64,000 bases of DNA from Candidatus Latescibacterota bacterium (GCA_965206595.1 OZ242214.1:6400001-6464000); one strand, 5' to 3'; shown: positions 41,376 to 52,280, numbered from the stretch's first letter. The notes: generated by a model from the sequence alone, not told the origin. Program-made: numbers and translations.

Positions 41376-41505
41376 GGCAGTCACCGGGGGCAGGCAGCGA
41401 GGTCCCCGGGGCAGTGTCGCAGGGGCGGCGCGCCGCCGGAAGCGCCAGGACGCCTCCCGACCGGAATGCCTGGGCGGGCTCCCGGCGCCGCGGACGAGCG
41501 CCGGC

Positions 41506-42669
41506 TCATGAAGCCGCGGCGACCGGCTCTCCGACGCCGGCCGCGGCCGGCGGCACCGCGGGGGTGGCGACGAACTCGTAGCGGGTGTTGCGCCGTTGCG
41601 GCCGGTACCCGGCATCGCGGATCAACCGCTCGATGGCCGGCAGGTCCATTTCGTTGGTGTGACTCGTGCCCGCGGCGCTGACGACGTTCTCCTCGAGCAT
41701 GGTGCTGCCGAAGTCGTTGATCCCGTAGCGCAGGCTGACCTGGGCGATTTTGGGACCCTGCGTCACCCACGAGGCCTGGAGGTTGTCGACGTTGTCGAGG
41801 AACAGGCGCGCCACGGCCACCGTACGCAGGTGGTCGAAGCCGGTCGCCCTGACCCCGTTCCAGCGCCCCGGGTCGGCGCCGAGGGCCGTCTCGTCCGGCT
41901 GGAAGCTCCAGGCTATGAAGGCGGTGAACCCGCCGGTCTCGTCCTGCAGGTCGCGGATCCGCTGCAGGTGCTCTACGCGGTGCTCGACCGTCTCGACGTG
42001 GCCGTACATCATCGTCGCCGTGGTGCGCATGCCGAGGCCGTGAGCGATCCGGTGCACCTCGAGCCACTCGTCGCTGCGGTCCTTGCGGAAGCCGATGACG
42101 TCGCGCACGCCGTCGTCGAGGATCTCGGCCCCGGCTCCGGGAATCGAGTCGAGGCCGGCGGACCGCAGCCGGGAAATCGTCTCTTCGAGGGAGAGCCGCG
42201 AAATGTGGGCGATGTAGATGATCTCCGTCGCCGACAGGCAGTGGAGCTGCACCATCGGGTAGCGGTCGCGGATCCCGGAGAGCAGCTCCTCGTAGTAGGC
42301 GAGCTTCAACCTGGGGTTGAGGCCCCCCTGCATCAGGATCTCGCAGGACTTCGGCTCCGTCCCGCCGAAGGCGACGAGCTCGTCGATCTTGGCGTGGATC
42401 TGCTCGTTCGGGAGCACGTACCCCTCGTCGGACCCCGGGGGGCGGTAGAAGGCGCAGAAGTCGCAACGGACCCAGCAGACGTTGGTGTAGTTGATGTTGC
42501 GGCCGACGTTGTAGGTGACGACCGGCTCGGGGTGTTTCCGCGTCCTGACCCGGTTCGCCAGGATTCCGAGCTCGGCGAGGTTGGGGTGGGCGAACAGGCG
42601 CCTGACGTCCTCCGTACCCAGGCGTTCCCCCGAGAAGATCCTGCCGTCAATGTCGGCTATCGCGCTCAC
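41506..42669 (-). CDS. mqnC: Cyclic dehypoxanthine futalosine synthase (radical SAM)
   Basis: RNINYTNVCWVRCDFCAF, LMQGGLNP, PGAGAEIL, QASWVTQG, DFGSTMLEENVV. Confidence 0.93.
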   Translation of the reverse strand: MSAIADIDGRIFSGERLGTEDVRRLFAHPNLAELGILANRVRTRKHPEPVVTYNVGRNINYTNVCWVRCDFCAFYRPPGSDEGYVLPNEQIHAKIDELVAFGGTEPKSCEILMQGGLNPRLKLAYYEELLSGIRDRYPMVQLHCLSATEIIYIAHISRLSLEETISRLRSAGLDSIPGAGAEILDDGVRDVIGFRKDRSDEWLEVHRIAHGLGMRTTATMMYGHVETVEHRVEHLQRIRDLQDETGGFTAFIAWSFQPDETALGADPGRWNGVRATGFDHLRTVAVARLFLDNVDNLQASWVTQGPKIAQVSLRYGINDFGSTMLEENVVSAAGTSHTNEMDLPAIERLIRDAGYRPQRRNTRYEFVATPAVPPAAAGVGEPVAAAS

Positions 42670-42674
42670 CCGGA

Positions 42675-43799
42675 TTACCCGGCCGCCTCGACGGTCTCCT
42701 GCGCGGGCTCGACGACGTTGTAGAGGCTGTCCCTTTCCACCGGCTCGCGTCCGGCCTCGACGATGCGGTCGAGAAGCTCCTTGCGCGACAGGCGCTGCCG
42801 CGTCTCCTCGAAGCTGCGCCTAGTGATCTCGTAGTCCATCACCGTGCCGTCGATGTCGTTGGCGCCGTACCACAGGGCGACCTGCGAGACCTCGATCGTG
42901 TTCATGATCCAGAAGGTCTTGATGTGCGGGAAGTTGTCGAGCATCAGGCGCCCGACGGCGATCTCCTTGAGATCGAGAGCTCCTGAGGGTCCGGGCAGAT
43001 GGTCGATGGCGGTGCGCTCGGGGTGGAAGGAGAGCGGGATGTAGGCGAGGAAGCCGCCGGTCTCCTCCTGGAGATCGCGCAGACGCGCCAGGTGGTAGAC
43101 CTTCTCCCCAGTGTTCTCGACGTGCCCGTAGAGCATGGTGGCGTTGGTCGGCAACCCGGCCCGGTGGGCGGCGGCGGCGATGCGCAGCCAGTCCTCGCTG
43201 TCGGACTTGGTCCAGAAGAGGTCCTCGTGGACGCGGTCGCTGAAGACCTCGGCGCCGCCTCCCGGTATCGACTCCAGCCCGGCCTCCTTCAGGTCGACGA
43301 GCACCTCTTCGAGAGAACGTTTTGCGATGCGCTGGATCTGGGCCAGCTCGATCATCGTGAACGCCTTGAGGTGCGCCTGGGGCCTGGCCTCCTTCATCGC
43401 CCTCAGCAAATCGAGGTAGTACTCGTAGGGCAGCCTGGGATTGACTCCGCCTACCATGTGGATCTCGGTGATCGGGGCATCGGCGTACTCCCGCACCCGG
43501 GCGGCGGCCTGCTGCGGCTGCAGGACGTAGCCGCCCTCGTCCTTCGGGGTGACGTAGAAGGAGCAGAACTTGCACAGCTTGTTGCAGATGTTGGTGTAGT
43601 TGACGTGCTGGTTGCGCACGTAGTAGGTCGCGTCTCCGTGCAGGCGCTCGCGCACTATGTTGGCGAGCCAGGCGAGGACGGGAAGGTCGTCGCAGGCGTA
43701 CAGGCTCACGCCGTCGTCGAAGGTCAGGCGCTCACCCTCGGCGACCTTGCGATGGATTCCGGTCAGTCCGGCGGTCGCGACTGCTGCCTCGAAGCTCAA
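42675..43799 (-). CDS. mqnE: Aminodeoxyfutalosine synthase (radical SAM)
   Basis: NYTNICNKLCKFCSF, EIHMVGG, PGGGAEVF, NATMLYGH, RLMLDNFPHIKTFW; start TTG 43799 (frame open to 43925). Confidence 0.92.
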   Translation of the reverse strand: MSFEAAVATAGLTGIHRKVAEGERLTFDDGVSLYACDDLPVLAWLANIVRERLHGDATYYVRNQHVNYTNICNKLCKFCSFYVTPKDEGGYVLQPQQAAARVREYADAPITEIHMVGGVNPRLPYEYYLDLLRAMKEARPQAHLKAFTMIELAQIQRIAKRSLEEVLVDLKEAGLESIPGGGAEVFSDRVHEDLFWTKSDSEDWLRIAAAAHRAGLPTNATMLYGHVENTGEKVYHLARLRDLQEETGGFLAYIPLSFHPERTAIDHLPGPSGALDLKEIAVGRLMLDNFPHIKTFWIMNTIEVSQVALWYGANDIDGTVMDYEITRRSFEETRQRLSRKELLDRIVEAGREPVERDSLYNVVEPAQETVEAAG

Positions 43800-43921
43800 A
43801 ATCGTTCTGTCTGTGGGGAGTGAGGGCAGCGAGAGCTTCCGCCGCGGTTCGAATTGGGATCGGCGGTCGCCTGGCGGCGTCCGCAACCATCGCAAAAGTA
43901 TATCCCCCGGGAGGGGGTGGG

Positions 43922-44671
43922 TCAATCGGATTTGCGGCCCTGGTAGACGGCGCAGATACCCAGGGTCAGGGCGGTCGCCTTCGTGTCGGTGAACCCGGCC
44001 GCTTCCATCAGCTCGAGGAACCCCTTCCCCTGCGGAAAGCTGCCGACCGAGCGCGGCAGGTAGGAATAGGCCTCCCTGTTGCCGGAGATCAGCCCGCCGA
44101 CGAGCGGCAGCACGCGGTGGAAGTAGAAGCCGTAGAGCTGGCGGAACCCCGGCAGGGTCGGCTCGGTGAACTCGAGCACGATCACCTCGCCGCCGGGCCG
44201 CAGAACGCGCTCAGCCTCGGCGAGGCCGGCGCCGAGGCTGCCGAAGTTGCGCGCCCCGAAGGCGACGGTGACGAGGTCGAAGCAGCGGTCGCGGAAGGGC
44301 AGCATCTCCGCGTCCCCCGCCATCAGGACGGGGCCCGTTTTGCCTGCCCCCCCGAGCTTGGTTCGGGCGATGCGGACCATGTCGATGGCGACATCCACCC
44401 CGACGACCCGCCCGGGAGCGAGGCGCCCGGCGGCGCGCGCGAAATCCCCGGTGCCGGTGGCGAGGTCGAGGACCCGGGCGGGGCCTCGGCGGCGCACCGC
44501 GGCAAGGGCCCGGCGGCGCCAGTACAGGTCGACGCCGCAGCTCAGCAGGTGGTTGAGCAGATCGTAGCGCCCGGCAATGGCGTTGAACATCTGCTGAATT
44601 CGCCGCTTGCGAGCCCGTACCAATTCCGTATCGTCAGCCACGACCGCCCCGTTGAACGTGTTGAACCTCAT
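43922..44671 (-). CDS. ubiE: Demethylmenaquinone methyltransferase UbiE/MenG
   Basis: MFNAIAGRYDLLNHLLS, LDLATGTGD, VAFGARN, YSYLPRSV. Confidence 0.93.
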   Translation of the reverse strand: MRFNTFNGAVVADDTELVRARKRRIQQMFNAIAGRYDLLNHLLSCGVDLYWRRRALAAVRRRGPARVLDLATGTGDFARAAGRLAPGRVVGVDVAIDMVRIARTKLGGAGKTGPVLMAGDAEMLPFRDRCFDLVTVAFGARNFGSLGAGLAEAERVLRPGGEVIVLEFTEPTLPGFRQLYGFYFHRVLPLVGGLISGNREAYSYLPRSVGSFPQGKGFLELMEAAGFTDTKATALTLGICAVYQGRKSD

Positions 44672-44711
44672 CGAGCCGCGGCAACCCTATCCCGCGGCAA
44701 GAGGCCTGTCA

Positions 44712-45500
44712 ATGAACCAAAGCAGTGGGCAAGAGCCCGGCGAGGGACGCAGCGAGCGGGAGATCCTGCTCGGCGACCGGATGGCCGCCCTCGGCCGGCT
44801 CGCCGCCTCGGTCGCCCACGAAGTCCGCAACCCCCTCGGCGCCATCGACATCCAGCTGCAGTTGCTGCAGGAGGAGCTGCGGGCAGGAGGCGGTACCGCG
44901 GAGCGCGCCGGCGAGCGCCTCGACACGGCGCGGGCGGAGCTGCGGCGGCTCGACAGGATCGTGCAGAACTTCCTGCGCTTCTCGCGCCCGCCGGCGCTAC
45001 ACCTCGCCCGGGTATCGCTAGCCGAGCTGCTGGCGCGGCTCCGCGAGCTGATCGAACCGGAGGCGCGCGAGCGCGGAATCGCCCTGGGGCTGCGCCTCGA
45101 CGAAGAGGGGGAGGCCGCGGTCATAGACGCCGACGAGAACCTGCTGAGTCAGGCGTTCCTCAACCTCCTGATCAACGCCCTGCAAGCCTGCGACGGCACC
45201 GGCGGGGAGCGCCGCCGCAGCGCCGCGGGGGTCGAGATCGGCCTGCGCGTCCCCGACGACCGCAGCGCCCTGGTGACCATCGGCGACCGCGGTTGCGGCA
45301 TACCGCGAGGCGATCTGGAGAGGATCTTCGAGTACTACTATACTACGAAGGACACGGGCACCGGACTGGGGCTCTCCATCGCCCAACGGATTGTCGACCA
45401 GCACCAGGGCAGCCTCGAAGTGGAGAGCGAGGAGGGAGCGGGAACCACGGTGTCCGTACGACTTCCCCTCACGGTTTCAGCGGAAAAACCACTCGGATGA
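44712..45500 (+). CDS. Histidine kinase (HisKA + HATPase only)
   Basis: VAHEVRNPL H-box, NLLINALQA, DRGCGI, YTTK..GTGLGL. Confidence 0.9.
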   Translation: MNQSSGQEPGEGRSEREILLGDRMAALGRLAASVAHEVRNPLGAIDIQLQLLQEELRAGGGTAERAGERLDTARAELRRLDRIVQNFLRFSRPPALHLARVSLAELLARLRELIEPEARERGIALGLRLDEEGEAAVIDADENLLSQAFLNLLINALQACDGTGGERRRSAAGVEIGLRVPDDRSALVTIGDRGCGIPRGDLERIFEYYYTTKDTGTGLGLSIAQRIVDQHQGSLEVESEEGAGTTVSVRLPLTVSAEKPLG

Positions 45501-46888
45501 AAGACCACAGCAACTCGCGGGCGCGCCTCCTCATCGCCGATGACGAGGTCTTCATCCGCGAGGGGCTGCAGGACGCCCTGCGGGAGCCGGGCCTCGACCT
45601 CCAGACCGCCGCGGACGGCCGCGAAGTGCGCCGCCGGCTGCGCAAGGGGGCCTTCGACGTCATCCTCCTCGACCTGCGCATGCCGGGGGTCTCCGGCATG
45701 GACCTGCTCGAGGAAATCCACGAGCAGCACCCGGAATCGAACGTCGTCATCCTCACAGCCCACGGCAGCGTCAACACCGCGGTCGAGGCGATGAAGAAGG
45801 GGGCCTTCGATTTCGTCACCAAGCCGGTCGACCTTACCCACGTCCGCCTCATCGTCAGCCGCGCCCTCGACCGCGTCCGGCTCGTACGCGAGAACCGCGA
45901 GCTGCACGACCGCCTCGGGCGCGGAGACAGCGACGACCCGTTCCGGCGCATCGTGCGCCGCAGCGCTTCCATGCAGCAGGCGACACGTACGGTAAAGCAG
46001 GTGGCCCTGTCCGACGTCCCGGTGCTGCTCAGGGGGGAGACCGGGTCCGGCAAGGAGCTGATCGCACGCACGATCCACGAGCGCAGCCGCCGGCGCGAGG
46101 GGCCGTTCGTTGCCGTCAACTGCGGCGGCTTCACCCAGGACCTGTTCGGCAGCGAGCTGTTCGGGCACAAGCGCGGGGCTTTCACAGGAGCCCACGTCGA
46201 CCGGCCGGGCCGCTTCGCGCTGGCCGAGAAGGGCACCCTGTTCCTCGACGAAGTCGGCGAAATTCCCCTGAAGAACCAGGTCGAGCTACTGCGCGCCCTC
46301 GAGAACCGCGAGTTCCAGCCGCTCGGCGACACCAAGGTCCACAAGGCGGACGTGCGCGTCATCGCCGCCACCAACCGCCACCTCGAAACCGCAGTCAGCG
46401 AGGGCGAGTTCCGCGAGGACCTCTTCTACCGCCTGAACGTCGTGCCGATCGAAGTCCCCCCTCTCAGGGAGCGGCGCGAGGACATCCCCCTGCTCGTCGA
46501 GACCTTCTTCGACGAGGCCTGCCGGGCCTACGATCAGCCCCGCAAGAAAGCCGGCAAGGAGGCCGTCGATCTCTTCGTCTCCTACTACTGGCCGGGAAAC
46601 GTGCGCGAGCTGCGCAACGTTATCCAGCGGCTGGTGATAACCTGCCCCGAGACCATCATCGAGCCGCAGCATCTGCGCGAGGCTCTGGGCGAGGCCGCGG
46701 TCGACCAGCCTGGCGCCGTAACGGGGGAATTCACCATCTCCCTCGGCTCCTCCATCGAGGACGTCGAAGCGGAGCTGATCCGGCAGACGCTGCAGCGGGT
46801 AACCTCCAACCGCCGCGAGGCCGCGGAGATGCTGGGAATCAGCGTGCGCTCCCTGCAGTACAAGCTCAAGCAGTACAAGCTGACCTGA
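45497..46888 (+). CDS. sigma54-dependent response regulator (NtrC/AtoC family)
   Basis: Receiver LIADD/LLDLRMP, GETGSGKE, GAFTGA, FLDEV, WPGNVREL, C-terminal HTH. Confidence 0.95.
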   Translation: MKDHSNSRARLLIADDEVFIREGLQDALREPGLDLQTAADGREVRRRLRKGAFDVILLDLRMPGVSGMDLLEEIHEQHPESNVVILTAHGSVNTAVEAMKKGAFDFVTKPVDLTHVRLIVSRALDRVRLVRENRELHDRLGRGDSDDPFRRIVRRSASMQQATRTVKQVALSDVPVLLRGETGSGKELIARTIHERSRRREGPFVAVNCGGFTQDLFGSELFGHKRGAFTGAHVDRPGRFALAEKGTLFLDEVGEIPLKNQVELLRALENREFQPLGDTKVHKADVRVIAATNRHLETAVSEGEFREDLFYRLNVVPIEVPPLRERREDIPLLVETFFDEACRAYDQPRKKAGKEAVDLFVSYYWPGNVRELRNVIQRLVITCPETIIEPQHLREALGEAAVDQPGAVTGEFTISLGSSIEDVEAELIRQTLQRVTSNRREAAEMLGISVRSLQYKLKQYKLT

Positions 46889-46893
46889 TCCTC

Positions 46894-46919
46894 TTGCGCA
46901 TGAATGCAATTCTTGCACC
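46894..46919. promoter_or_regulatory. Candidate enhancer-binding site (TGCA dyads)
   Basis: TTGCGCATGAATGCAATTCTTGCACC about 110-135 bp upstream of a sigma54 box, with an A-rich tract between. Confidence 0.5.
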
Positions 46920-47027
46920 AAACTCCCCCTACCGTGTGCAGCATCGCAGGCACAAGGTCGAAGCGCCCTACCGGTAATTCGCGTAACACAAGAAAAAACA
47001 GCAAATAAACAGTACTATCGCCCCCCG

Positions 47028-47043
47028 TGGCACCGAGTTTGCA
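47028..47043 (+). promoter_or_regulatory. sigma54 promoter upstream of the PTS-IIA/sigma70 operon
   Basis: TGGCAC-CGAGT-TTGCA. Confidence 0.8.
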
Positions 47044-47265
47044 GCGTTCTTTTCCGGCCGGGAGCTCATGCGGTCCCCGGCCGAACCAGGTTCCGAAAAC
47101 GACGGCGGTTCCGCCCGTCAGGCCCTTGAATCCCACCGCGCCGGTTCGTTCAGCGACACGCCGGCCGGAGCAGGCACGATATCCCTCTCGATACTGCGCA
47201 AATTATGCAGCCCTCGAACGCCGGCAGTTCGATCTTCGTAGGGTCATAATAAACAACCGGTTACG

Positions 47266-47877
47266 ATGATTTTTAGCGACGCCCTGGACAGCGACGCAGA
47301 TTTTGCAGCAGACAGCCCTTCGGGGACCATCACCGCCATGCCCGGACTGCTCGAAAAGACCATGATGGTCCCCCGCCTCCGCTCCGATTCCAAGATCGGG
47401 GCCATCAAACAGCTCGTTGACCGCCTCTACCGCGGCGGGCTGCTCAACGACAGCCTCAGCTTCCTGCAGGCGGTTCTCGAACGGGAGAACCTCGACAGCA
47501 CGGTGATCGGAGGCACTATCGCCCTGCCCCATGCCCGCGCCCGCAGCGTCACCGGCCTGGGGATGGCGTTGGGTGTGTGCGAGGAGCCGATCTACTATCC
47601 GAGCGGCGACGACCTCTGCGCGGTGCGGGCGGTCTGCGTGATCGCCGTGCCGATGGACTCACCGCGCCAGTACCTCGGTCTGCTCTCCCACCTCGCCTGG
47701 GCTTTCGGCGACAGGGACTTCATGCACCGCCTTCTCGCCGCCCCCTCGGCGCAGGGGATGAGCGAGTTGATGTCGGCCCGGTTGAGCGTTGCCGGCGAGA
47801 GAACAGCGGCCAACGTCGGGGGATTCCTCCCCGCAGGCGCCGCCGTTGCGGGCGCGAGCCCGGGAGCCGGCGGATAG
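47266..47877 (+). CDS. PTS EIIA (PtsN/Fru-type) domain protein
   Basis: VLERE..DSTVIGGTIALPHAR with the phospho-His retained; start may be 47338. Confidence 0.85.
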   Translation: MIFSDALDSDADFAADSPSGTITAMPGLLEKTMMVPRLRSDSKIGAIKQLVDRLYRGGLLNDSLSFLQAVLERENLDSTVIGGTIALPHARARSVTGLGMALGVCEEPIYYPSGDDLCAVRAVCVIAVPMDSPRQYLGLLSHLAWAFGDRDFMHRLLAAPSAQGMSELMSARLSVAGERTAANVGGFLPAGAAVAGASPGAGG

Positions 47878-48729
47878 ATGGCCTACTCCAAAAGATTCAG
47901 GGAAGAAGAAGGCTCGCTACGCCTCTATTTCGAGGACCTCGGCGATTCGACCCCGCTGACGCGGGAACGGGAGGTCGAGCTCTCGGAGCGGATCAAGGCG
48001 GGAGACCTGCAGGCCCGGAACGAGCTGGTGCAGGCGAATCTCCGCTTCGTCATCGACGTCGCCAAGCAGTACCAGAACCGAGGCCTGGGATTGTCCGACC
48101 TGATCAGCGCCGGAAACCTCGGGCTGATGAGGGCCGCGGAGCGTTTCGACGGCGAGCGCGGCTTCAAGTTCATCTCCTACGCCGTCTGGTGGATCAGGCA
48201 GTCGATCCAGCAGGCGATCGCCGACCACGGCCGCACCGTGCGCCTGCCCCTCGACAAGCTCGCCCTGCTCAAGAACATCCGCAAAGCGTCCATGCGGCTC
48301 GGCACCGATCGCGAGTCCGAGCCGTACATTGAGGAGATCGCCCAGGAGCTCGAACTGCCCGAGGAGGATGTCCTCGACGCGATTCTGAGCGCCCGCAGCG
48401 TGCGCTCGCTGGACGAGAGCTTCGAAGAGGACGGGGACCGCGGCCTCCTGAGCGTCCTCGTCGACGAGAGTCAGGTCTCGCCGGACTCCGACCTGATGGA
48501 GGACTCGTCGCGCAGCCGGATAGAGGAGATCCTCGCCAGCCTCGACGAGCGCGAGCTGCTCATCATCAGGCTGTACTACGGGTTCGGCGGCAACGAAGGA
48601 ATGAGCCTGGAGAAGATCGGCGGGCGCTTGAACCTGACCAGGGAGCGGGTCCGGCAGCTCAAGGAACGCGCCCTTAACAAGCTGCGGCATCCCAGCCGCT
48701 ACAACGCGCTGATGGCGGTCTGCGACTAA
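47878..48729 (+). CDS. RpoD/RpoS-like alternative sigma70 factor lacking region 1.1
   Basis: LVQANLRFV, DLISAGNLGL, KFISYAVWWIRQ, LTRERVRQ. Confidence 0.93.
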   Translation: MAYSKRFREEEGSLRLYFEDLGDSTPLTREREVELSERIKAGDLQARNELVQANLRFVIDVAKQYQNRGLGLSDLISAGNLGLMRAAERFDGERGFKFISYAVWWIRQSIQQAIADHGRTVRLPLDKLALLKNIRKASMRLGTDRESEPYIEEIAQELELPEEDVLDAILSARSVRSLDESFEEDGDRGLLSVLVDESQVSPDSDLMEDSSRSRIEEILASLDERELLIIRLYYGFGGNEGMSLEKIGGRLNLTRERVRQLKERALNKLRHPSRYNALMAVCD

Positions 48730-48773
48730 TCGCCGATCCCCGGGCATAGCGCCCCGGACAGGGGCCTCGGCAG

Positions 48774-48811
48774 ACGAGCCGGAAATCCCGGATCCCGGCT
48801 CGTTTTTCTTT
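48774..48811 (+). terminator. Intrinsic terminator
   Basis: ACGAGCCGG...CCGGCTCGT followed by a T-rich tract. Confidence 0.6.
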
Positions 48812-48840
48812 GGTCCCGGGGGGCAGACCCGGCAGGTGAC

Positions 48841-49410
48841 ATGAACGGAACTACCCGGAACATCTGCGTGTACTGCGGCTCGAAGTTCGGCCGCGGGGAG
48901 GAGTACCGGCGCGAGGCCGAGGCCCTGGGCAGCGCCATCGCCCGCCTGGGAACGGGGTTGGTGTACGGGGGTGGCGACGTCGGGCTGATGGGGGTTGTCG
49001 CCGGGTCCGCTCTCGCCGCCGGGGGCCGCGTCGTCGGGGTGATCCCCCGGGCCCTGCAGGAGCAGGAGCTCGCCCACGGAAAGCTGCACGAGCTGATCGT
49101 CGCCGGGGACATGCACGAGCGCAAGGCGCTCATGGCCGCCCGCGCCGACGCCTTCGCGGCGTTGCCGGGGGCCTACGGCACACTGGAGGAGCTGTTCGAG
49201 GTCCTCGCCTGGTCACAGCTCGGTTTCCACGCCAAACCGGTGGGCCTGCTCAACACGGGCGGCTACTTCGACCACCTGGTCGCCTTCCTCGACGAGGCGG
49301 TCGAGCGGCAGTTCCTCAGCCCCGGAAACCGGTCGCTGCTGCGCGTCGAAACCGACCCCGTGGCCCTCGTCCGGGCGCTCGCGGCGGATCCTGGCGCCGG
49401 GAGCGGGTGA
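48841..49410 (+). CDS. LOG family nucleotide phosphoribohydrolase
   Basis: ICVYCGS, LVYGGG..GLMG, MHERK, LPGAYGTLEEL. Confidence 0.92.
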   Translation: MNGTTRNICVYCGSKFGRGEEYRREAEALGSAIARLGTGLVYGGGDVGLMGVVAGSALAAGGRVVGVIPRALQEQELAHGKLHELIVAGDMHERKALMAARADAFAALPGAYGTLEELFEVLAWSQLGFHAKPVGLLNTGGYFDHLVAFLDEAVERQFLSPGNRSLLRVETDPVALVRALAADPGAGSG

Positions 49411-49449
49411 GGATTCCTGGTCGGGTGTGCCCCGGAGCGGGAGGCGGGG

Positions 49450-50208
49450 CTACATCCCCTTGAGGCGGTCGCGGATGGTCGCGGCGCGCTCGAAGTCCTC
49501 GCGCTCAACCGCCTCCTGCAGGGCGCGCCTGAGCTTCTCTTCCTTGCTGAGCGGCTTGTTCTCCTGCAGCTCCTCTTCGAGCTCGTCGAGCGCCTGCAGC
49601 GAGCGTTCCTTCTCGGCGAAGAACTCCTCCGCCTCGACCTCGGGCAGGTCGTCGATCTCTTCGCGCGCCCGCCCGACCAGGACGAGGGCCTCGTCGTAGT
49701 CGCCGTTACGGGAGGCGAGCTTCGCCTTGGCGGCCGCGTGGATACGCAGGACGTAGGGCCACCACTTCTGGAGGTTCATGCGGTCGTCTTCGTGCGAGGC
49801 GTAGCGGTGCACGAAGCGGAACAGCTCCATGTTGCGCTCGGTATCCCTGATGACGCGGTCGTAGTCCTTGAGCTGCAGCAGGAAGACGTAGCGGCCGTAC
49901 ACCCGGGCCCCCTCGTCGAACAGCTCCTGGCAGCTTTCGCGGCCGAGGCTGAAGCCGTCGTCGCGCCCGGAATTGCGGCTCCGGTAGCTCTCCAAGGCGC
50001 CGCGGTAGTGGTCGAGGACGAAGTCGGAATCGTGCGGCCGCTTGCCGTCGGGACGCCCGTCGAGATTCAGCTGCAGGATGCCCTGGAAGGCTCCCTGGTC
50101 GACCCGAACCTGGATCTTCTGAATGCCGTCGTCCCCGACAATCTTGCGGACGTTCGAGTCCGGATCGTACTCCCAGTTCTCCAACAGCTTGAGCAGATCC
50201 TTGTCCAT
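49450..50208 (-). CDS. UVR domain protein of unknown function, copy 2
   Basis: KIQVRVDQG...GILQLNLDGRPDGKRPH; C-terminal LQEAVEREDFERAATIRDRL. Confidence 0.8.
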   Translation of the reverse strand: MDKDLLKLLENWEYDPDSNVRKIVGDDGIQKIQVRVDQGAFQGILQLNLDGRPDGKRPHDSDFVLDHYRGALESYRSRNSGRDDGFSLGRESCQELFDEGARVYGRYVFLLQLKDYDRVIRDTERNMELFRFVHRYASHEDDRMNLQKWWPYVLRIHAAAKAKLASRNGDYDEALVLVGRAREEIDDLPEVEAEEFFAEKERSLQALDELEEELQENKPLSKEEKLRRALQEAVEREDFERAATIRDRLKGM

Positions 50209-50303
50209 GGCATTACCTGCGGGATAGCAGCAGTCCTGGTCCGACAGCTGCCGTACGATATCCCGGCACCCGGCAAAAGTCAACCGGCGGTCCGGGGGAG
50301 CTT

Positions 50304-50332
50304 TTGACATCCTCCGGATGCGTCCATATCCT
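50304..50332 (+). promoter_or_regulatory. sigma70 promoter of the GAF-sigma54 activator
   Basis: TTGACA, 17 bp, TATCCT. Confidence 0.7.
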
Positions 50333-50337
50333 GGAAT

Positions 50338-50353
50338 ACTACATTTTTGTAGT
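50338..50353. promoter_or_regulatory. Palindromic operator (KACA-N4-TGTM box) over the predicted +1
   Basis: ACTACA-TTTT-TGTAGT. Confidence 0.65.
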
Positions 50354-50428
50354 CAATTTTGTTTGAATCGACGATTTTGGCGCTTCGCCGAAAGTCGCAC
50401 CGTTACCTCTACGGAAAGGTGGCCTGTC

Positions 50429-51970
<1,542 letters not shown>

Positions 51971-52130
51971 TACCTTGGCCGGACTGCCCGGAATCAGCCT
52001 CCGCGGCATCCCCGAACCGGGCTGTTTCCTTCAGACCGGCACACCCGCGCGGACATCTCCCGAGGCATCCGTTGCGAGCCCACACAAGGTGCTCCTCGCG
52101 GAAAAACGGACTCCCCCCTTTCCGGATTTC

Positions 52131-52172
52131 TACAATTTTGTCCTATTAAAGCTGTATAGTGACATAATTGTA
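52131..52172. promoter_or_regulatory. Paired upstream activator boxes for amtB
   Basis: TACAATTTTGTC (52131-42) and GACATAATTGTA (52161-72), 30 bp apart. Confidence 0.7.
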
Positions 52173-52264
52173 TCTGTCTTTCGCCGCAGTCGAAATGCGG
52201 ACAGACGAGTCCAACCTGTTGTAAAAACGGGACTTGCGTTTTCTGTACGGAAAACCCCCACGTC

Positions 52265-52280
52265 TGGCACCAAGTTTGCA
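52265..52280 (+). promoter_or_regulatory. sigma54 promoter of amtB
   Basis: TGGCAC-CAAGT-TTGCA. Confidence 0.88.

Noticed and set aside
43820-46888. 1022-aa extended response regulator, and similar long extensions such as 21778-24138
   Set aside because: Extensions are shadow frames over real neighbouring genes, common in high-GC DNA.
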